Shown here: positions 58,901 to 64,000 of the stretch, one piece after another
Layout of the letters: every line of letters starts with the position of its first letter
Position numbering within the stretch: position 1 is the stretch's first letter
Assembly (NCBI GenBank): GCA_950097015.1
Contig: CATNEN010000001.1
Span: forward strand, 22,568,001 to 22,632,000
Direction of reading: 5' to 3'
DNA from: Macrostomum hystrix
Lineage: Eukaryota > Animalia > Platyhelminthes
DNA: 64,000 bases
The notes under the pieces: generated by a model
The model's database searches: none
What the model saw: the letters and a program-made list of their open reading frames with translations, nothing else
Told to the model about the DNA's origin: nothing
Position numbers and translations under genes: made by a program

Positions 58901-61731
58901 GCCCTCCACTGCCGACTGCCCTCCCTGCCCTCCACTGCCGACTGCCCTCCACTGCCGGCTGCCCTCCACTGCCCTCCACTGCCGACTGCCCACTGGCTGA
59001 GGGGACACTGCTGGGCCTCTCACTCAGCTTCTTCTCTAAACATGGCCAACAAGCTCTTGTTTGTCTCTCCTAGACTGGACGGAGACTGGAGTCTCCACCA
59101 GGTCTGGTGATGGTTTCATGAACCACGACACCGTTTGCTGGCAGATCCGGGTGGATTGCCAACAGCAGGCGGCGCAGTTCTCCGGCGTTGGTGATAGCAC
59201 TGCGAGCTCGGATCCAAACACAATGACGGTGTGTCTGGGGGCGCTCGTCCTCCCTGTAGATAAACAGGTTGCCCATTTCCGTGCCCCAGTCGAAGGATTT
59301 CAGCATCTCGAGGAGTTGCTGTCCGGACTAGTTGTTGGCAGGCTGGACAATGAGGGCTTGGTCCTGGATGTCGGTCTTCAGGACGTGCAGCACAGTGCCG
59401 CTCAGTGCCAGTTTGACCAGATGGGAGTCCAATCTGCGTCAGATCTGGTCGAGTTGCGCTGTTGAGAGGGGCGTCTCCTAGCCTCGGATAACCAAGGCCG
59501 GCTGGCTCTTTGCCATAGCAGCGTAAGTGCGCTTTGGCTTTGTGGTTTGGCTGGCGCCTCCCGCAACGGGCCCCCCAGCAGTCGTCGGAGTTTCCGGATG
59601 ACTGTGAGAGGTTCAGCTTCCGGGTTTATCGGACGGCGCGAGGAGTCCGCCTCCTTGTTGGGTGCCGGTTCCTTCGCGATGTTCGCAGAGATTTGAATGA
59701 GTAATCCACCAAGCTAGTTATAGTACTAACCACTAAGTCTAGGCCTAGTCTAGGTCAATATTACTTACTCTAATAAAGCAAAGACAAGCCTTAGGCCATC
59801 AGGGGCCAACCTAATTCTGCTTCAGACCCACAAAATAAACTGTCTAACTCATGGTTTCACACTCATAATAGAATTAAAAAAGAGAAATAAATGTAGACCT
59901 ACTTGATATTTCTGTTGTGTGCTGCTGAACCACAAATTGGCCATGCATATACAACTCCCTGAGCAGGAATTCAAAAGATCCACACGGAAGTCGAAATCGG
60001 TTGCGAAACTCATCTACACTAAAAATTGGAACCACATCAGTAAAAAAATTGGCACCATTGTTCTTCAGTTATTAATAATATATCCCTAGTACAAGTACAA
60101 CTTTGGAGGCACCAGTGGGATTCTAATCAGCATTTAATTACACCTGTAACAGTATTAAATTGTAACCAATATTTCATAGAACTAATTTAGAGTTTGTATT
60201 TCACTACTTAGCAATAAATTTAAAACATTAGCTTTAATAGCCCCTAGAATCCTAGATGTCCTTATAACTTTCCATCAATAGAGAATATTTTCGCCATATA
60301 AACTTTTGATAGATTAGACAATGTTATTTTTTGTTATTGTTATAAGTTATAACATCAAAGTGTAATAAGTATAACATTAGATGCTGCAAAAGTATTGAAC
60401 ACTTTGTCAAAACAAATAGTACATTCATTTTTTGTTTTTATTAATTCATCAAGGTCTACAGATGCCAACTTTTGCACTATCTAATGTAGCTGTTACTATT
60501 TTAGTGCCGGATTTGGGCATAGTGACACACTAGTGCCTAAACTATAGTTTCCATTTTGGTACAACTGTGAAGAAAAAATTGGCCACATGGTAGGGGGGCC
60601 TACTCCCATCGGAGCCCGAAGCACCGATGGGGGCTAAAAGTGTTGTGTAAAGCAGCACTCAAACAATATACTTACCAAAACAGTTCCACAAAAGGGATAA
60701 TATAAATGAGGTTTTACAAACCAGATTACCTTGATAATTCGTTGTAGCGGCTCTAGCGGCTCTAGAACGAATGACACGGAACGAATAAATCGTTTAATAG
60801 AAGGTCGAGCAAAAAATGTTCGATCGATATTTAGCTATCGTAGCAATGACGATTTCTATTGGTGGAGAAAAAATATTTGTTTCATCCTACTTCCTCGACG
60901 TTCATACGTTTATGTTTACTTAAAGTAGAAATAAATGTGTTTTATACTGCGAATTTTTTACTACAAAAATTTTATGGTTTTGAAGGATAGAAATTAATTA
61001 TATCCGGTTTACGATAAAAAAACAATGGACTACGAATTCATTCTAAATATATTTCATATTTTTTATATTATTGAAAATATCGAGTTTAAAGTATCAGTTA
61101 CAATCAGTAAGTAAAAAGCAACTCTGCCAACACTTTTTATTGTATGGGATTATTTAGTCAATTATTCACTTTATTATTCATTTATTTATTTATATAGCCT
61201 TTTGGTAGAACCTCACCCAGACACGAGCGGTTTCCTCTCTAAGTTTCTCTGATCTTTCACCAGATCTTTCACTCTGCAAGTAACCGACATTCTCAGTTCT
61301 TTGCGCTTGTGCATCGAAAGAAAGGGGCGAAGGCCGAAAATTGTCTATGGCAATCATCAACCAATGAAAAGGCACGGGGGGGAACCGGATGCAAAAGAGT
61401 CAAAAACGAAAATAGCCAGAGCCAGAATAGCAATCCATTCTATTCATTCATCCATGTTTGCCCCACACCCCACCGTCTGCAGCGACTGGTTTCCCTCTCC
61501 TGTCTTTCAGCTGGACGTCGGCACCGGCCTCAAGCAGGATGCAAGCCCGACGGCGCTGCCGACTCGATGAACCTCACCCGCGCCTTTATAGTCGCTAATT
61601 GTGACATCGATTTCTAGTTTGAGCAGCCGACGCAACAGCTCAGGTGGTCAAAATAGGCCTTTTGCATTGCGCGTTTGGATCGCGATTGTGATGTTTGTTG
61701 GCGAGTTCCTCTACATTTTATGGCATTCTTG
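55996..61731 (-). repeat. Right arm of large inverted duplication (5736 bp)
   Basis: Reverse complement of 47354-53091. Confidence 0.97.
57061..58864 (-). pseudogene. CACTA/EnSpm transposase, disrupted (mirror copy)
   Basis: Translations and lesions identical to 50223-52026. Confidence 0.85.
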
Positions 61732-61744
61732 GCGTGCTTCTCAC

Positions 61745-61974
61745 CTGTTCTGCAAGCTGACCAGCTCGTGGCGTTTCGTCACTTGATCCTCGATGAGGTC
61801 AGCCAGGTGACGCATATCGCCCGATACAGCTAGTCGCACGGCAGTGGAATAGTACTGGTAGAGCTGCATCACGCCGCGACGGAGCTCGTCGCTTTTGGAC
61901 GCCGCCAGGGCTGTCACCTTCTGGATATTCCTGGCGTGAATGTCGCAGGGCTCGCAGCCCCACTGGATTAGTAG
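61745..61974 (-). CDS. Internal exon of a probable ankyrin-repeat host gene
   Basis: CTTAG acceptor, GTGAGA donor, and a 230-bp open frame LLIQWGCEPCDIHARNIQKVTALAAS... resembling the ankyrin LL..G.DI.ARN....TAL motif. Not present in the ORF track because it lacks a start codon. Confidence 0.6.
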
Positions 61975-63766
61975 CTAAGGATGAGAGAGACATGGGAATA
62001 CAAAAGTCCAGTAAAATATTTTCTGAGCTTCTGCACCGTCTGAAAGTGGTTCAAATGAGACAGGGGAGAGATGAGAAAGTGAATGATAACTGATGAATAT
62101 AAAGCAAATAGTTTGTCTTCTTCAACACAAATAATGAACAGATTTGCAAAAACTAGTAAAACGGCTCTTTTAGTACTACAACAGAATAGTTAAAACTTAT
62201 CATAACACAAGCTTTTAACTAATTAACAGTTAACAAAAACAATTTTAGTTTATGTGAACAAGGAACTCTGAAGATAGTTAGGAAGCAAAATATTCCTTCT
62301 CTTCTGTTGTTTTTTTTACTGTTTAATACACCGATACTCACCGATAGTCGGCCAAGTCACCGTAGTCAAAATGTAAGAGTCTAGTATTTTTAACGCAAGA
62401 ATTTTATTTTATTAGTTGATCAATTTATTTGTTATATCGATATCGATAGCATCCAATCACGCCAGGCAGTTTGACATGTCATCCAGTCGAAGGTTTATTT
62501 CCCAATAACAGCGGGACATTGTGCCCTGTTTGATCCCTCCTAATACAGCTGCCAGCGCCCAGATATCAGTGACCTGAGAACAATTGTACAACGTCGGCTT
62601 CAGACTCTAGCTCCAGTTTGTAGTCCTCTTGAAATCCGTCTCGGTTAAACTCAGCAAAGCGACAATCGATCCTGGCTAGGATTTGAGGTATCTTGCAATA
62701 ATAATTGCCGGAGTGCTGCAGGTCACGGCAAATCAGTTGGTGACACTAGACCAGGAGACTAGGAGCCGATTCTGCCCATTCCGCTGACTCCTGAGCACAC
62801 GCTCTCACAGTTGTGTGCATATTTCCTGACTTTCTCATCATCAGGTACAGTACAGTACACCTTTGCATTGGAAATTCGCCCTCAAGGGCGTAAACTGCCT
62901 CCCTTCATTTCGTGAGTTTCGTACAAGACTTGCAATATTGTCTTATCAGTAGACGTGCTTCTCTAGATATGCGCTTCGATTAAATCCTATAATAAATAAG
63001 TTTTTTAGGAATTTTTTTGTCGCCTTATGTATCTAGGGCCGTTTTAACTCATGTTGGAATTTTGTGAATTTAAAATTGTTAATTGGCGATTGTTAAAATG
63101 TTTGATTGGCTACTTTAAGCAGACGTTAAAGTACGAAACCATCTCAATTTGCGCAATGCGACCGGAAGCTCTGCGTTAAAAAATACATTGTTATCGTTTA
63201 GCATTTTTGCGCGAGCTAATTGTAATTGTAAGGCCAGGCATAAATTATGCCGGGTGAAAATTAAGCTTCTGTTTGTGCGCCCACCCCCAGCCCACTCCTT
63301 ATGTGCCTTCCGCCGCTCCACTCCTTACTTAGCGTAGTTGTTGTTAAAACGAATTCCCCAAAGGACTGGGGCGCGGATCAGTTTCGAAAAACTCTACCGC
63401 TGAATTTTAAGATATATTTAACCGAATTTATTAAAAATTTACAGCGATTCGATTTAGATTATTTTATACGGATATCAAACATAAAAATTAGTAAATTATT
63501 AGTAAATAAGTAAATAAATGGATAATAAATATTTTAATAAAAAAATTAAATAATATAAAAGCTTGCAGTTTGTGAGCAAAGAGCAAAAGTGACAATACAG
63601 CCATTAGTACTCATAGGCAATAAAATATATTAAGTCAGTAGGAAAAAAGCGTAAAAAATGGAGTATTTGAGCAGCTGAGCACTGCTCACCAGCCCTCTTA
63701 AGCTCAGGCAGCTATATTTGAGTTTCATTTTGGTTTTCTTTCAGGGCCATAGGTGTCAGAGACTGC

Positions 63767-64000
63767 TCAACCCTGGATTTGGAGTCGGTTCTGCCTGTTG
63801 ATTTGTCCCCGCCTCAGGGTAGCCCACAGGACATTGAGGATGGGGACACGGCCCGGAGCGCGAGGCAGCTCCGGCTCGATGTGGAAGCCGTGCAGCCGAG
63901 CTGCTCTCATCTTGAGCAGCCAGGCCACACCGAGCTGTTTGACTCTGGCCGAGAGCATTGGCATGCCGGCCAGTTTGTGAAGGTACTCGGTGCTCAGGTA
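63767..64000 (-). mobile_element. Possible C-terminal end of a non-LTR retrotransposon ORF2
   Basis: YLSTEYLHKLAGMPMLSARVKQL resembles the post-RT T..LH...G.P.L..R motif; runs off the window edge. Confidence 0.4.

Noticed and set aside
47354-61731. Whole palindrome as a single Foldback/composite transposon, or as a read-hairpin artefact
   Set aside because: There is no TSD at the outer ends and the left arm continues into flanking ORF sequence. A unique 2.9-kb spacer and arm SNPs argue against a simple fold-back artefact, though reads are needed to exclude mis-assembly.

Overview
Eukaryotic (invertebrate metazoan-like) repeat-rich genomic DNA, almost entirely transposon-derived. (i) 1-5621: 3' half of a Ty3/Gypsy LTR retrotransposon (+) with integrase, an extra non-env ORF and a probable 2.16-kb 3' LTR. 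(ii) ~5.6-29.5 kb: Helitron-related sequence, including a head-to-tail CTAG|TC junction, shared non-coding blocks, several minisatellites, an RPA70-like pseudogene and a Zn-knuckle/STPR/OTU/RepHel-N remnant, plus a solo LTR and tRNA-derived SINEs. (iii) 32130-41524: a complete, apparently intact Gypsy element (-) with apparently identical 1157-bp LTRs, AAGT TSD, PBS, PPT and a -1 frameshift signal (T TTA AAC plus predicted pseudoknot). Its Pol begins with a cold-shock-like domain upstream of the protease, which is the most unusual feature in the window. (iv) 44-62 kb: two diverged ETS-domain gene copies and a ~14.4-kb palindrome. The palindrome has near-identical 5.7-kb arms carrying a dead CACTA/EnSpm-type transposase, and a 2.9-kb spacer holding one ETS copy and a solo LTR. 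An ankyrin-like host exon and a possible LINE 3' fragment lie at the right end. All family assignments come from motif recognition by eye, not database searches.
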